Of a stretch of DNA of 32,000 nt, positions 24,477-32,000 are shown in pieces (position 1 is the first letter of the stretch; the number at the start of each line of letters is the position of its first letter). The notes under the pieces are model-generated. The model was not told the DNA's origin and did not search any database. It saw nothing but the letters and a program-made list of their open reading frames with translations. The stretch is taken from NCBI RefSeq assembly GCF_000146505.1, contig NC_017448.1, positions 180,001-212,000 on the forward strand. The letters are read 5' to 3'. Both the position numbers and the translations under genes were made by a program. This stretch comes from Fibrobacter succinogenes subsp. succinogenes S85. GTDB lineage: Bacteria > Fibrobacterota > Fibrobacteria > Fibrobacterales > Fibrobacteraceae.

Positions 24477-24514
24477 AACGAACAAGTGAAGCACAATCAT
24501 TAAATCATTAATGT

Positions 24515-24560
24515 CTAACGCACTAACAGGTAATACTGGATAGTGCGTTAGTCTTTTTTT
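24515..24560 (+). terminator. Rho-independent terminator after the OmpA-family gene
   Basis: 11-bp perfect stem CTAACGCACTA / TAGTGCGTTAG, 15-nt loop, then TC and T7. Confidence 0.8.
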
Positions 24561-24650
24561 CAACTGACAAAACGTAAAAAAAAAGTTATTTTAAAGGCAA
24601 CTGAATCGGATAGTCCAAAAGACTCCGTTTGAAAAATTCTAGGGAAATAT

Positions 24651-26807
24651 ATGTCTGAAAAAGAAGAACAGAAGGTCATCAGTCAACCGACTGCTATCCA
24701 AGTTCCCCAAAATGCCAATACAATTACGTTGCTGGAGGCTTTGGAAATCCTCTGGGACAAAAAGTTTATCTTAGCATTGTTCCTCATTGTCGGAGGTGCG
24801 GTTGGCTATTGTGTTGCCAATTGGCTCCGTCCCCAATACACAAGCGATGTCTTGCTGCAAATTGATGTGAAAGGAGGTAAGTCCGGTAAAGCTATCGGCG
24901 ATATGGGCGCACTCCTTGATGTTGCAAGCCCTGCCGATGCAGAAATAGAACTTCTCAAGAGTCGTATGATTCTGAGCTATGTCGTCGATGTGGAACATCT
25001 TTGTTTTCAGGCAACACCTATCGGTGCCGCCGACCGATTCCTGCACCATGAAGGTCGCATGGATCTTGATTCTCTCTATATTCCACAAATCGCTCGTGCC
25101 GAAAAGTGGATGGCAAGGGTGACGGGTGATGATACCTATGAAGTTATTTCTCCTGAAGAACAGGTGATTTTAGAAGGCAAGGTCGGTGAGATGCACCGTG
25201 CTGCTTATGCCGGTGATACTTTCGATATTCAGGTGTCCCGCATGCTTGCTCAGCCGGAACAGATGTTCATCCTTTCGCAGATAAGCGATCTTGGTGCCAT
25301 GGGCGCTTTGAAAGCAAGCCTCAAGGTGGCTGAAAAAGGCAAGCAGACTGGTATTATTGAAGCAAGCTACAATCACCGCTATCCGGATAGAGCAGCCGCT
25401 ATCCTGAACACGATCGCAAAGACTTACTTGCGCCAAAATGTTGAAATGCGTAGTGCCGAAGCCGCTAAGACTCTCGAATTCTTGGAAAAGCAGCTCCCTG
25501 GTGTGAAGGCTAAACTTGACAGTGTCGAAAAGATTTTAGCCGATTACCGTTACAGCATCGGGTCTGTGGACATGACGGGCGAAACGCACGCTCACTTGAA
25601 CAAGGAAAGTGAAATCCAGAGACAAATTTTGGATTTGGAACAGCAGAAACAAGCTGCCATGCGTTTGTTTAAGGAAGAACATCCGAGCGTTCAGACGCTC
25701 ATTCGTCAGCAGAATCGTTTGAGGGCTGAACTTGCCAAGTTGAAAAAAACGGCTGAAAAAATGCCTTTGACGCAACAGGAAGTCGCTCGTTTGAAGGAAG
25801 ATGTGGCGGTCAATAATGAAATTTATACGACTATGTTGAATAACATTCAGCAGTTGCGTGTTGTGCGTGCTGGTGAAGTAGGCAATGTCCGTATAGTTGA
25901 CTTCGCGCAGATTAACGGAGCTCCGAGCAAGCCGAAGAAGATGAATATCATTATTTGCTCTGTGGCTGCTTCGTTTATGCTTGGAGTTCTCTTGGTATTC
26001 CTCTTGCGCATGATGCATAATGGTGTTCGCAGTGTTACGGAAATTGAACGTGAAACGAATACAAGCGTGCTTGCAAAGGTTCCTCAAAATCCTGATACCG
26101 GCTTGAACTTGAAATTTAGAAAGACAAGAAAAACTCATGTCCAAACAGATCCTGACGATCCTCTTAGCGAATCGATTCGATCCATTCTTACGGCGATTGA
26201 TTTCTCTTTCAATATGAATAAGGAACATCAGGTGATTATGGTTTCTGGTATTATGCCTGGTGTCGGTAAGAGCTTTATCTCGACGAACCTCGCTGCTACT
26301 TTTGCGATGGTCGGTAAGAAGACCTTGTTTATTGATGCTGATATGAGAAAGGCCACGTGCCGCTTTACGAAGGTTGGACTTGTCGATGTTCTTATGGGTA
26401 AGGTTGCTTTTGATAATGCAAAAATCACTAGTCCGAACCTTCCAAATCTAGATATCCTGGAATCTGGCAAGTTTACGCTTTCTGCATTTGAACTATTGCG
26501 TGGTGACATGCTTAAGAAGTTGATTGACGAAATTCGTCCGCAGTACGATGCCATTATTATTGATACTCCGCCGACGAATTTGGTGACTGATGCATACATG
26601 ATTTGCCCGTTGATCGATTTTGCACTCGTTGTGTTGCATTATGGTCGCCATTCTATGGATTCTATTAAGGAATCCTTACATACCTTGGAACGCTATTGTG
26701 ATAAGCCTAAAGCCTTTGTCTTGAACCATTGCGAACACAGACACGGTTACGGTTACGGTTACGGTTACGGTTACTACGGTAGCAAATCTAAAAAGCATAA
26801 AAATTAG
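24651..26807 (+). CDS. Wzc/GumC-type polysaccharide co-polymerase fused to a BY tyrosine autokinase
   Basis: 718 aa. N-terminal Wzz-like region with a TM helix (FILALFLIVGGAVGY), a long coiled-coil periplasmic region, GNVRIVDFAQ...PSKPKK, and a second TM helix. The kinase domain has Walker A GIMPGVGKSF, A' LFIDADMRK and B AIIIDTPP. The C-terminal Tyr cluster is HGYGYGYGYGYYGSKSKKHKN. Confidence 0.88.
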   Translation: MSEKEEQKVISQPTAIQVPQNANTITLLEALEILWDKKFILALFLIVGGAVGYCVANWLRPQYTSDVLLQIDVKGGKSGKAIGDMGALLDVASPADAEIELLKSRMILSYVVDVEHLCFQATPIGAADRFLHHEGRMDLDSLYIPQIARAEKWMARVTGDDTYEVISPEEQVILEGKVGEMHRAAYAGDTFDIQVSRMLAQPEQMFILSQISDLGAMGALKASLKVAEKGKQTGIIEASYNHRYPDRAAAILNTIAKTYLRQNVEMRSAEAAKTLEFLEKQLPGVKAKLDSVEKILADYRYSIGSVDMTGETHAHLNKESEIQRQILDLEQQKQAAMRLFKEEHPSVQTLIRQQNRLRAELAKLKKTAEKMPLTQQEVARLKEDVAVNNEIYTTMLNNIQQLRVVRAGEVGNVRIVDFAQINGAPSKPKKMNIIICSVAASFMLGVLLVFLLRMMHNGVRSVTEIERETNTSVLAKVPQNPDTGLNLKFRKTRKTHVQTDPDDPLSESIRSILTAIDFSFNMNKEHQVIMVSGIMPGVGKSFISTNLAATFAMVGKKTLFIDADMRKATCRFTKVGLVDVLMGKVAFDNAKITSPNLPNLDILESGKFTLSAFELLRGDMLKKLIDEIRPQYDAIIIDTPPTNLVTDAYMICPLIDFALVVLHYGRHSMDSIKESLHTLERYCDKPKAFVLNHCEHRHGYGYGYGYGYYGSKSKKHKN
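26745..26774 (+). repeat. Perfect (GGTTAC)5 microsatellite encoding (Gly-Tyr)5 of the Wzc tyrosine tail
   Basis: Read directly: five uninterrupted GGTTAC units, in frame with the CDS, followed by TACGGT. Confidence 0.95.
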
Positions 26808-26845
26808 CAATATATCTTAGTAACGGGCAATGCTCGTGAAGTACA

Positions 26846-26881
26846 AGATCCCGCTTCACTAAGTGAAGCGGGATCTTTTTT
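26846..26881 (+). terminator. Rho-independent terminator after the wzc-like gene
   Basis: 14-bp perfect stem AGATCCCGCTTCAC / GTGAAGCGGGATCT, loop TAA, T-run. Confidence 0.85.
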
Positions 26882-27015
26882 ATCTATTGCGCCGGGAAAT
26901 GACAATTAGTCAATATTTTTTTGTATTGGGGTATCCGTTTTTCCGTAAAATAATGGATTTTTAGAGAGTAATGAACTACGCACTTTGAAATGCGCCGAGA
27001 CAAGGGGTTGAGATA

Positions 27016-29040
27016 TTGAAGAGTAAACTGATTTTTGTTGCAACAGCAGTTGCATTCGCTTGCGGCGCCACCTACGCCCAGACGAAGGTCGTTGTGGACC
27101 CGGGCAAAAAATACCAGCTTTTTGAAGGCTGGGGGACAAGTCTTTGTTGGTGGGCAGAACTCGCCGGCGGCTGGGATAAGGCGAACTACACAAAACTTTT
27201 AGGTGCAGTGGCTGACCCGGACACGGGTCTTGGCTACAATATTTTCCGCTACAACATTGGTGGAGGCGATCAGCCCGGTCATAACCATTTGACCAAAGGC
27301 GATGGGGGGGCCGCGGTTCCCGGCTTCAAGCCGACCGAAAAAGGCGATTACGACTGGACGGCAGACCCAAACCAGCGCAACATCGCATTTGCTCTTGCAA
27401 AAATGGCGAAAGACCCGATTTTTGAAGCGTTCTCTAATTCCCCTCCGTGGTGGATGACTAACAGCGGTTGCGTTTCGGGCGGCGTCAATGGCGCCGACAA
27501 TCTCAAGTCCGATTACTTTGATGATTTTGCCGATTACCTCTCTGAAGTCGCTAAGCACTTCAAGGAAGAGTGGGGTATCACGTTCCGCACGATTGAACCG
27601 TTCAACGAGCCAAGTGCAGGCTGGTGGAAAGCTAACGGTGACCAGGAAGGCTGTGGCTTCAAGAATAAGCAATCTGAAATGATTGTGGAACTCGGCAAGG
27701 CGCTCAAAGCGAAGGGGCTATTCCCTGAAACTTCTGTAAGTGCAGCCGATGAATCAAACATTGGCGATGCTTTGGCGCGTTTCAATAGCTATAGTGCCGA
27801 AGCACGTTCTTACATGTTTCAAGTGAATACGCATAGCTATTCTGGCTACGATTCCCGAGCCAAGCTTTATAATGCAGCTTTTGCCGCCGACAAGCGCGTT
27901 TGGCAATCCGAATCGGGACCGCTCCACCGCAGTGGAAGTCTCGATATTACGCTTTGGATGGCGGATGTGATTTTGCATGACCTTCGCGATATGCATGCTA
28001 GCGCTTGGGTCGATTGGCAACTTTCAGACCCTGCTGAAAATTGGCGCACCATTGCTGTTGACCATAAAAAGCAGACATTCTCTTATGCGCCGCGATTCTA
28101 TATGCATGCTGCGTTTAGCCGTGCTATTCGACCGGGTTCTCGTTTTATCGATAGCGACAACAGCAACACGCTTGCCGCCATTCGCGAAGATAGCTCGCTT
28201 GTACTCGTAGTGCTGAATACAGGCGCTAGCGATGCAAAGTACACATTCGACTTGAGCAAGTTCACAACGATTGGCAATAAGGCTAAGGTTCACCGCTTTA
28301 CGCTACCGGCAGCACTCAAAGCTGATTCTGATATTGACGTTACGAACAACGCCATTACGGTCACGGCGGGGGCTCAATCTATCGTAACCATGGTTATTGA
28401 AAATGCCACCGGCGGCTCGTGCGAAGCTAGTACAATCATTCCGTATGCCAAGATTCACAATGGCGGTTGGAACGAGACTACCGAAGTCAAGGTAAATCCA
28501 GGTGATTCACTTGTGATTGGTCCGCATCCGTATGACGGCGGACGCTGGACTTGGAAAGGCCCGAATGACTTCTATTATTTGGGTCGTGAAGTGCGCTTCA
28601 AGAATATGCAATGGCAGAGTAGCGGCGTTTACACAGGAACGTACGTGAATCCGTATGGCTGCGAAAGTACGGTTGATATCAAGGTCATCGTTGATGATCC
28701 GGAGCATCCGTATGTAGAACCGGAAAAACCGGATTCAGGCAAGGTGAATATTTCACCGAGAGTCGTGCAAGGTGCTGGGAAAATTTCGGTCACGAGAAGC
28801 GGGGGAGACCTCCTTGTGAACGCCGGGAATGCAGCGAGGAATGTCGCGCAGTCTGGGATGTCCTCGCTGTCTGTGAATGCGCCGCTACAGCTCACGATTC
28901 ACGACTTGCAAGGTGTACTCCTGATGCGTCGCTCCATTGATGGTTCTGCAGTTGTGCCTGTCGCGCACTTGGCAAAAACGCCGTATATTGTACGAATCAA
29001 GAGCGCAGGAAAGACCGTTTATCAGAAGAAATTCAAATAA
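27016..29040 (+). CDS. Secreted glycoside hydrolase family 30 enzyme with C-terminal accessory modules
   Basis: 674 aa. TTG start after AAGGGG. Signal peptide MKSKLIFVATAVAFACGATYAQ. The N-terminal KVVVDPGKKYQLFEGWGTSLCWWA, EPFNEPS (acid/base context) and WQSESG (nucleophile context) fit GH30. Then comes a roughly 95-aa Cys-bounded module and a basic beta-rich tail. Subfamily and substrate are not determinable by eye. Confidence 0.8.
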   Translation: MKSKLIFVATAVAFACGATYAQTKVVVDPGKKYQLFEGWGTSLCWWAELAGGWDKANYTKLLGAVADPDTGLGYNIFRYNIGGGDQPGHNHLTKGDGGAAVPGFKPTEKGDYDWTADPNQRNIAFALAKMAKDPIFEAFSNSPPWWMTNSGCVSGGVNGADNLKSDYFDDFADYLSEVAKHFKEEWGITFRTIEPFNEPSAGWWKANGDQEGCGFKNKQSEMIVELGKALKAKGLFPETSVSAADESNIGDALARFNSYSAEARSYMFQVNTHSYSGYDSRAKLYNAAFAADKRVWQSESGPLHRSGSLDITLWMADVILHDLRDMHASAWVDWQLSDPAENWRTIAVDHKKQTFSYAPRFYMHAAFSRAIRPGSRFIDSDNSNTLAAIREDSSLVLVVLNTGASDAKYTFDLSKFTTIGNKAKVHRFTLPAALKADSDIDVTNNAITVTAGAQSIVTMVIENATGGSCEASTIIPYAKIHNGGWNETTEVKVNPGDSLVIGPHPYDGGRWTWKGPNDFYYLGREVRFKNMQWQSSGVYTGTYVNPYGCESTVDIKVIVDDPEHPYVEPEKPDSGKVNISPRVVQGAGKISVTRSGGDLLVNAGNAARNVAQSGMSSLSVNAPLQLTIHDLQGVLLMRRSIDGSAVVPVAHLAKTPYIVRIKSAGKTVYQKKFK

Positions 29041-29048
29041 ATTTTAGA

Positions 29049-29078
29049 AATCCTCGCGAATGCGAGGATTCTCTTTTT
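29049..29078 (+). terminator. Rho-independent terminator after the GH30 gene
   Basis: 9-bp perfect stem AATCCTCGC / GCGAGGATT, loop GAAT, then CTCTTTTT. Confidence 0.8.
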
Positions 29079-29088
29079 GCGTTGAACT

Positions 29089-29700
29089 TTACGAATGCTT
29101 GTGGTGGAGCTTGTTCGCGAAGCTACGACATTTGGCGATTTCGCGTGAGGAGAGTTCTTTGTTCTTGAGGGTACCGCCTTTTTGCAACACGCCTGCAATC
29201 TTAAATCCGCTCCAGCAAAGAACTTCCTTGAGTGCGCGAACAGTACCTGCGGATTGTTTAAAGAGAATGTTAAACGGCCATGGGGTAGAGCAGGTGGTGA
29301 TAATGACCGCCTTTTTGTCTTTAAGAAGCGGAATGGGGTACCCGCTTTCGCTATGGTCCATCATGCCATAAACCCAGCGGTCAAAAAGCATTTTGAGTTG
29401 CCCCGTCATATTGCCCCAATAGCACGGCGAACCAACAATGAGAGCATCACAATCTTGCACGAGATGCAAAACTTGCTTGGCGTCGTCATCGGGCATAACA
29501 CAATCATGTGTGCTACGGCATTTCATGCAGCCGATGCACGGGCGGAATTGCAATTTGCAAACATCGACGTAAAGGACTCTGTCTCCACAAGCCAGCAGTT
29601 CATTGCGGACAATTCCAAGCATTTGGCTGATATTGCTATTTGGGCGAGGGCTTGCGTTCAAGATAACATACTTCAATTTCAGACTCCTTAATAAATTCAT
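29089..29700 (-). CDS. Flavodoxin-fold NAD(P)H-dependent FMN reductase / iron-sulfur flavoprotein (Isf-like)
   Basis: 203 aa. YVILNASPRPNSN, the compact Cys motif C-x2-C-x2-C-x5-C (CIGCMKCRSTHDC), and ALIVGSPCYWGNMTGQLKMLFDR, typical of Isf-type flavoproteins. Confidence 0.8.
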   Translation of the reverse strand: MNLLRSLKLKYVILNASPRPNSNISQMLGIVRNELLACGDRVLYVDVCKLQFRPCIGCMKCRSTHDCVMPDDDAKQVLHLVQDCDALIVGSPCYWGNMTGQLKMLFDRWVYGMMDHSESGYPIPLLKDKKAVIITTCSTPWPFNILFKQSAGTVRALKEVLCWSGFKIAGVLQKGGTLKNKELSSREIAKCRSFANKLHHKHS

Positions 29701-29713
29701 AAAAGCTATTCGA

Positions 29714-29745
29714 GATTGCCGCGCTTCTGCGACGTTCGCAATGAC
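29714..29745 (-). repeat. 32-nt member of the GTCAT...ATC hairpin family
   Basis: The minus strand reads GTCATTGCGAACGTCGCAGAAGCGCGGCAATC. Outer stem ATTGC/GCAAT plus a short inner GC pairing. It lies between the dnaJ terminator and the start of the Isf-like gene. Confidence 0.4.
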
Positions 29746-29811
29746 GTATTTTGCATGTGCTTTCTAAGCTTTTACTTATTAAACACCTAAGGAGCGGAAA
29801 TGTGTTACTAT

Positions 29812-29855
29812 AAAAAATCCCGAACGCTTTTTGAACGTTCGGGAGATTTTTTTTT
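29812..29855 (-). terminator. Rho-independent terminator after dnaJ (symmetric, flanked by an A-run and a T-run)
   Basis: 9-bp perfect stem TCCCGAACG / CGTTCGGGA, 9-nt loop, with A6 on one side and T9 on the other. Confidence 0.8.
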
Positions 29856-29881
29856 GATCCTTCGACTTCGCTCAGGATGAC
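29856..29881 (-). repeat. 26-nt member of the GTCAT...ATC hairpin family
   Basis: The minus strand reads GTCATCCTGAGCGAAGTCGAAGGATC. It lies 6 nt after the dnaJ stop and immediately before the dnaJ terminator. Stem ATCCT/AGGAT. Confidence 0.5.
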
Positions 29882-29887
29882 AAGCCC

Positions 29888-31030
29888 TTACTTGAACAGA
29901 TTCTTCATCTTCTCAAGGAACGATTCTTCCTGGGCGGTTTCCTTGTCCTTGCGGAGTTCAGCGAGCTTCTGGTAAAGCTCCTTCTCTTCGCGGGAGATGT
30001 CCTTCGGAATGTCCACGCCAATTTGCACGTAGAGACTTCCACGGTCACCCTGTTTCTTGAGAGGCCACAAGCCCTGATCGCGCAGACGGAGAACGCTGCC
30101 AGCCTGAGTGCCAGCGGCGATCTTGATCTGGATTTCATCACCGCTGATGGTCGGGATGCGCTGCGTACCGCCAAGAACCAGCTTGTGGACTGGAACCTTG
30201 ACTTCGCAATGCAAGTCGTCGCCTTCACGGCTGAAGAAATCGTCCGGTTTTTCGGCAATCACGACGAGCAAGTCGCCGCAAGCGCCACCGCGCGGACCGC
30301 AGTTGCCTTCGCCACGGAGGTTCAGGTACTGGCCTTCGCTTACGCCCGCCGGAATCTTGATGGAAATCTCTTCGGTTTCCTGTACGCGGCCCTCGCCGTG
30401 GCAATGTGAGCACGGATTAGCGATTACTTCGCCCATGCCACTGCAAGTGGGGCAGACGCTTTCGGAAACCATCTGGAAAAATCCGCCGGACACACGACGT
30501 ACACGACCCGTGCCATGGCAGGTATCGCAAGTTTTGACGTTCGTACCGCCCTTGCCGTTACATTCCGTACACGGCGTATAGCGTTTTAAGCGAACCTTCT
30601 TGGTGCAGCCTTCGAAAATTTCCTTGTAGCTAAGAGCCACTTTAATCTGCAAGTCATTACCACGCGGAGGACCTGCCTTGCGAGAACTTCTGCGGCCACC
30701 GCCACCGAAACCAAAGCCACCACCAAAGATATCGCCAAACTGGCTGAAGATATCGTTGATGTCGAATCCGGCACCACCGAATCCACCACCGCCAAAACCG
30801 CCACCAGGAGCATTAAAACCAAACTGGTCGTAGTTCTTGCGCTTTTCAGGATTAGAGAGTACGTCGTAAGCTTCGGCAGCTTCCTTGAACTTTTCTTCAG
30901 CTTCCTTGTCGCCCGGGTTCTTGTCCGGATGGTACTTGATAGCAAGCTTCTTATAAGCGTGCTTGATTTCATCAGCACTTGCGTCCTTGCCGACGCCCAA
31001 AACTTCGTAATAATCTCGTTTTTCAGCCAT
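29888..31030 (-). CDS. dnaJ: Molecular chaperone DnaJ
   Basis: 380 aa. J domain with the HPD motif (DYYEVLGV...KYHPDKN), a Gly/Phe-rich region, and four CxxCxGxG zinc-finger motifs ([32 protein letters not shown]). Confidence 0.96.
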   Translation of the reverse strand: MAEKRDYYEVLGVGKDASADEIKHAYKKLAIKYHPDKNPGDKEAEEKFKEAAEAYDVLSNPEKRKNYDQFGFNAPGGGFGGGGFGGAGFDINDIFSQFGDIFGGGFGFGGGGRRSSRKAGPPRGNDLQIKVALSYKEIFEGCTKKVRLKRYTPCTECNGKGGTNVKTCDTCHGTGRVRRVSGGFFQMVSESVCPTCSGMGEVIANPCSHCHGEGRVQETEEISIKIPAGVSEGQYLNLRGEGNCGPRGGACGDLLVVIAEKPDDFFSREGDDLHCEVKVPVHKLVLGGTQRIPTISGDEIQIKIAAGTQAGSVLRLRDQGLWPLKKQGDRGSLYVQIGVDIPKDISREEKELYQKLAELRKDKETAQEESFLEKMKNLFK

Positions 31031-31047
31031 TTTGCCCTCCGGGCAAA
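31031..31047 (-). promoter_or_regulatory. Hairpin that includes the dnaJ Shine-Dalgarno sequence
   Basis: The mRNA sense reads UUUGCCC-GGA-GGGCAAA, followed directly by AUG. The 7-bp stem is perfect. The SD GGAGG spans the loop and the 3' arm. A regulatory role is speculative. Confidence 0.3.
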
Positions 31048-31087
31048 CTCATCATATAAAAAAATCAAAAATCGTTATTTTACAACA

Positions 31088-31122
31088 AAAGGATTGCCCC
31101 CTTTTGAGAGGCGAATCCTATT
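31088..31122 (-). terminator. Imperfect hairpin and U-rich tract between dnaK and dnaJ (possible attenuator or partial terminator)
   Basis: The minus strand reads AGGATTCGCC-TCTCAAAAG-GGGGCAATCCT then TTTGTTGT. The stem has a bulge, so a leaky terminator is more plausible than a strong one. Confidence 0.4.
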
Positions 31123-31141
31123 TGTTTTTTGAAGGTTGAAA

Positions 31142-32000
31142 TTAGTCAACCACTTCAGCGTCGACGACTTCCGGACCATCGCCCTTCTTGTCGTTCTTCG
31201 GCTGTTCAGAAGCACCCGGCTGCGGACCCGGCTGAGCCTGGTTTGCACCGGCGGCCTGAGCCATGGAGCTGATCATGCCCTGGAGCTTGTCCATAGCGGC
31301 CTTGATCTCTTCCTTGGTGCCGTTGTCCTTCTTGGCCTTGATGTCGTCGATAGCAGCCTGGAGCTGGCTCTTGGTATCAGCCGGGAGCTTGTCGCCAAAT
31401 TCCTTGAGCTGACCTTCAGCCTGGTATGCCATCTGTTCGGCCTGGTTCTTGATGTCCACGAGTTCGCGCTGTTCCTTATCCTTGGCTGCGTTAGCTTCGG
31501 CATCCTTGACCATCTTGTTGATTTCGTCTTCAGACAAACCGCTAGAAGAAGTAATCTTGATGGACTGTTCCTTACCGGTTTCCTTATCCTTAGCAGACAC
31601 ATGCACAATGCCGTTGGCGTCGATGTCGAAGGTCACTTCGATCTGCGGAACGCCACGCGGCTTCTTCGGGAGGTCGGTCAAGTCGAACTTGCCGAGCGTA
31701 CGGTTGTCGCGAGCAAATTCGCGTTCGCCCTGGAGCACGTGAATCGTCACAGCCGGCTGGTTGTCTTCGGCAGTGGAGAACACCTGGCTCTTCTTGGTCG
31801 GAATCGTGGTGTTACGGTCGATGAGCTTGGTCATCACGCCACCGAGAGTTTCGATACCCAAAGAAAGCGGGGTCACGTCGAGGAGGAGCACGTCCTTCAC
31901 AGCGGAGTCGCCAGAAAGCACAGCGCCCTGAACGGCAGCACCGATAGCCACCACTTCGTCCGGGTTCACAGTCTTGTTCGGTTCCTTGCCGAAGAACTTC
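31142..32000 (-). CDS. dnaK: Molecular chaperone DnaK, C-terminal part. The gene continues beyond the right edge.
   Basis: [66 protein letters not shown], a helical lid, and an acidic C-terminus ...EVVDAEVVD. The reading frame stays open to position 32000. Confidence 0.96.
   Translation of the reverse strand, partial: KFFGKEPNKTVNPDEVVAIGAAVQGAVLSGDSAVKDVLLLDVTPLSLGIETLGGVMTKLIDRNTTIPTKKSQVFSTAEDNQPAVTIHVLQGEREFARDNRTLGKFDLTDLPKKPRGVPQIEVTFDIDANGIVHVSAKDKETGKEQSIKITSSSGLSEDEINKMVKDAEANAAKDKEQRELVDIKNQAEQMAYQAEGQLKEFGDKLPADTKSQLQAAIDDIKAKKDNGTKEEIKAAMDKLQGMISSMAQAAGANQAQPGPQPGASEQPKNDKKGDGPEVVDAEVVD

Noticed and set aside
22740-24563. 607-aa minus-strand ORF overlapping the OmpA/TSP3 gene
   Set aside because: It is antisense to a protein with a signal peptide, TSP3 repeats and an OmpA domain. 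It also runs through the OmpA terminator, which is implausible for a real gene.
26885-26903. TATTGCGCCGGGAAATGAC (minus strand GTCATTTCCCGGCGCAATA), a possible fifth copy of the hairpin family next to the wzc terminator
   Set aside because: It has the GTCAT end, but the partner arm is missing, so only about 3 bp can pair. It is at best a degenerate remnant and is not counted as a family member.
31031-31141. CIRCE (HrcA) operator in the dnaK-dnaJ spacer
   Set aside because: No TTAGCACTC-N9-GAGTGCTAA-like inverted repeat is present. Any heat-shock operator would more likely lie upstream of dnaK, outside the window.
1-32000. Genomic island, prophage, IS element, CRISPR array, or defence or toxin-antitoxin system
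   Set aside because: No integrase, transposase, recombinase, phage structural, Cas, restriction-modification, nuclease-NTPase or small paired toxin-antitoxin ORFs could be identified. No tRNA is available as an integration site, and no long terminal repeats are visible. Gene content is dominated by conserved housekeeping functions.

Overview
The window is mostly a housekeeping and cell-envelope stretch of chromosome. I see no rRNA, tRNA, CRISPR array, transposase, integrase, prophage or recognisable defence or toxin-antitoxin genes. By inference only, the gene content resembles a Fibrobacter-like (FCB-group) genome: GH94 and GH30 enzymes, an OmpA protein with thrombospondin-type repeats, a lone pilin-like gene and many lysine-rich protein termini.

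Gene order, left to right:
- Sensing and cellobiose use: partial Cache-type membrane sensor (-), PadR regulator (+), GH94 cellobiose-phosphorylase-type enzyme (+), small lipoprotein (+), membrane PAS-only protein (-).
- Translation and envelope: proS (-), DUF2914-like membrane protein (+), FKBP_N x2 / thioredoxin lipoprotein (+), mnmG (+), a 102-aa Lys-rich protein (+).
- Thiamine: TPP riboswitch followed by thiS-thiF-thiG-thiH (+), a lone type-IV-pilin-like gene (-), then thiE and coaX (+).
- Envelope polysaccharide block: Wzi-like outer-membrane protein, CapD/WbpM-type dehydratase with a broken N-terminus, OmpA/TSP3 protein, Wzc-type tyrosine kinase (all +).
- Right end: secreted GH30 hydrolase (+), Isf-like flavoprotein (-), dnaJ (-), and the 3' part of dnaK (-).

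I could not find a convincing novel multi-gene system. The least explained signal is non-coding. Short GC hairpins (three of exactly 26 nt, one of 32 nt) recur together with short word repeats, between stop codons and the canonical terminators.

Other points worth a second look:
- the split CapD N-terminus
- a (GGTTAC)5 microsatellite encoding the Wzc tyrosine tail
- the antisense pilin gene interrupting the thi cluster
- a Lys/Ala-rich N-terminal extension on the GH94 enzyme
- an FKBP_N-thioredoxin fusion
- a hairpin over the dnaJ ribosome-binding site

Several very long antisense ORFs in the track are rejected as shadow ORFs.
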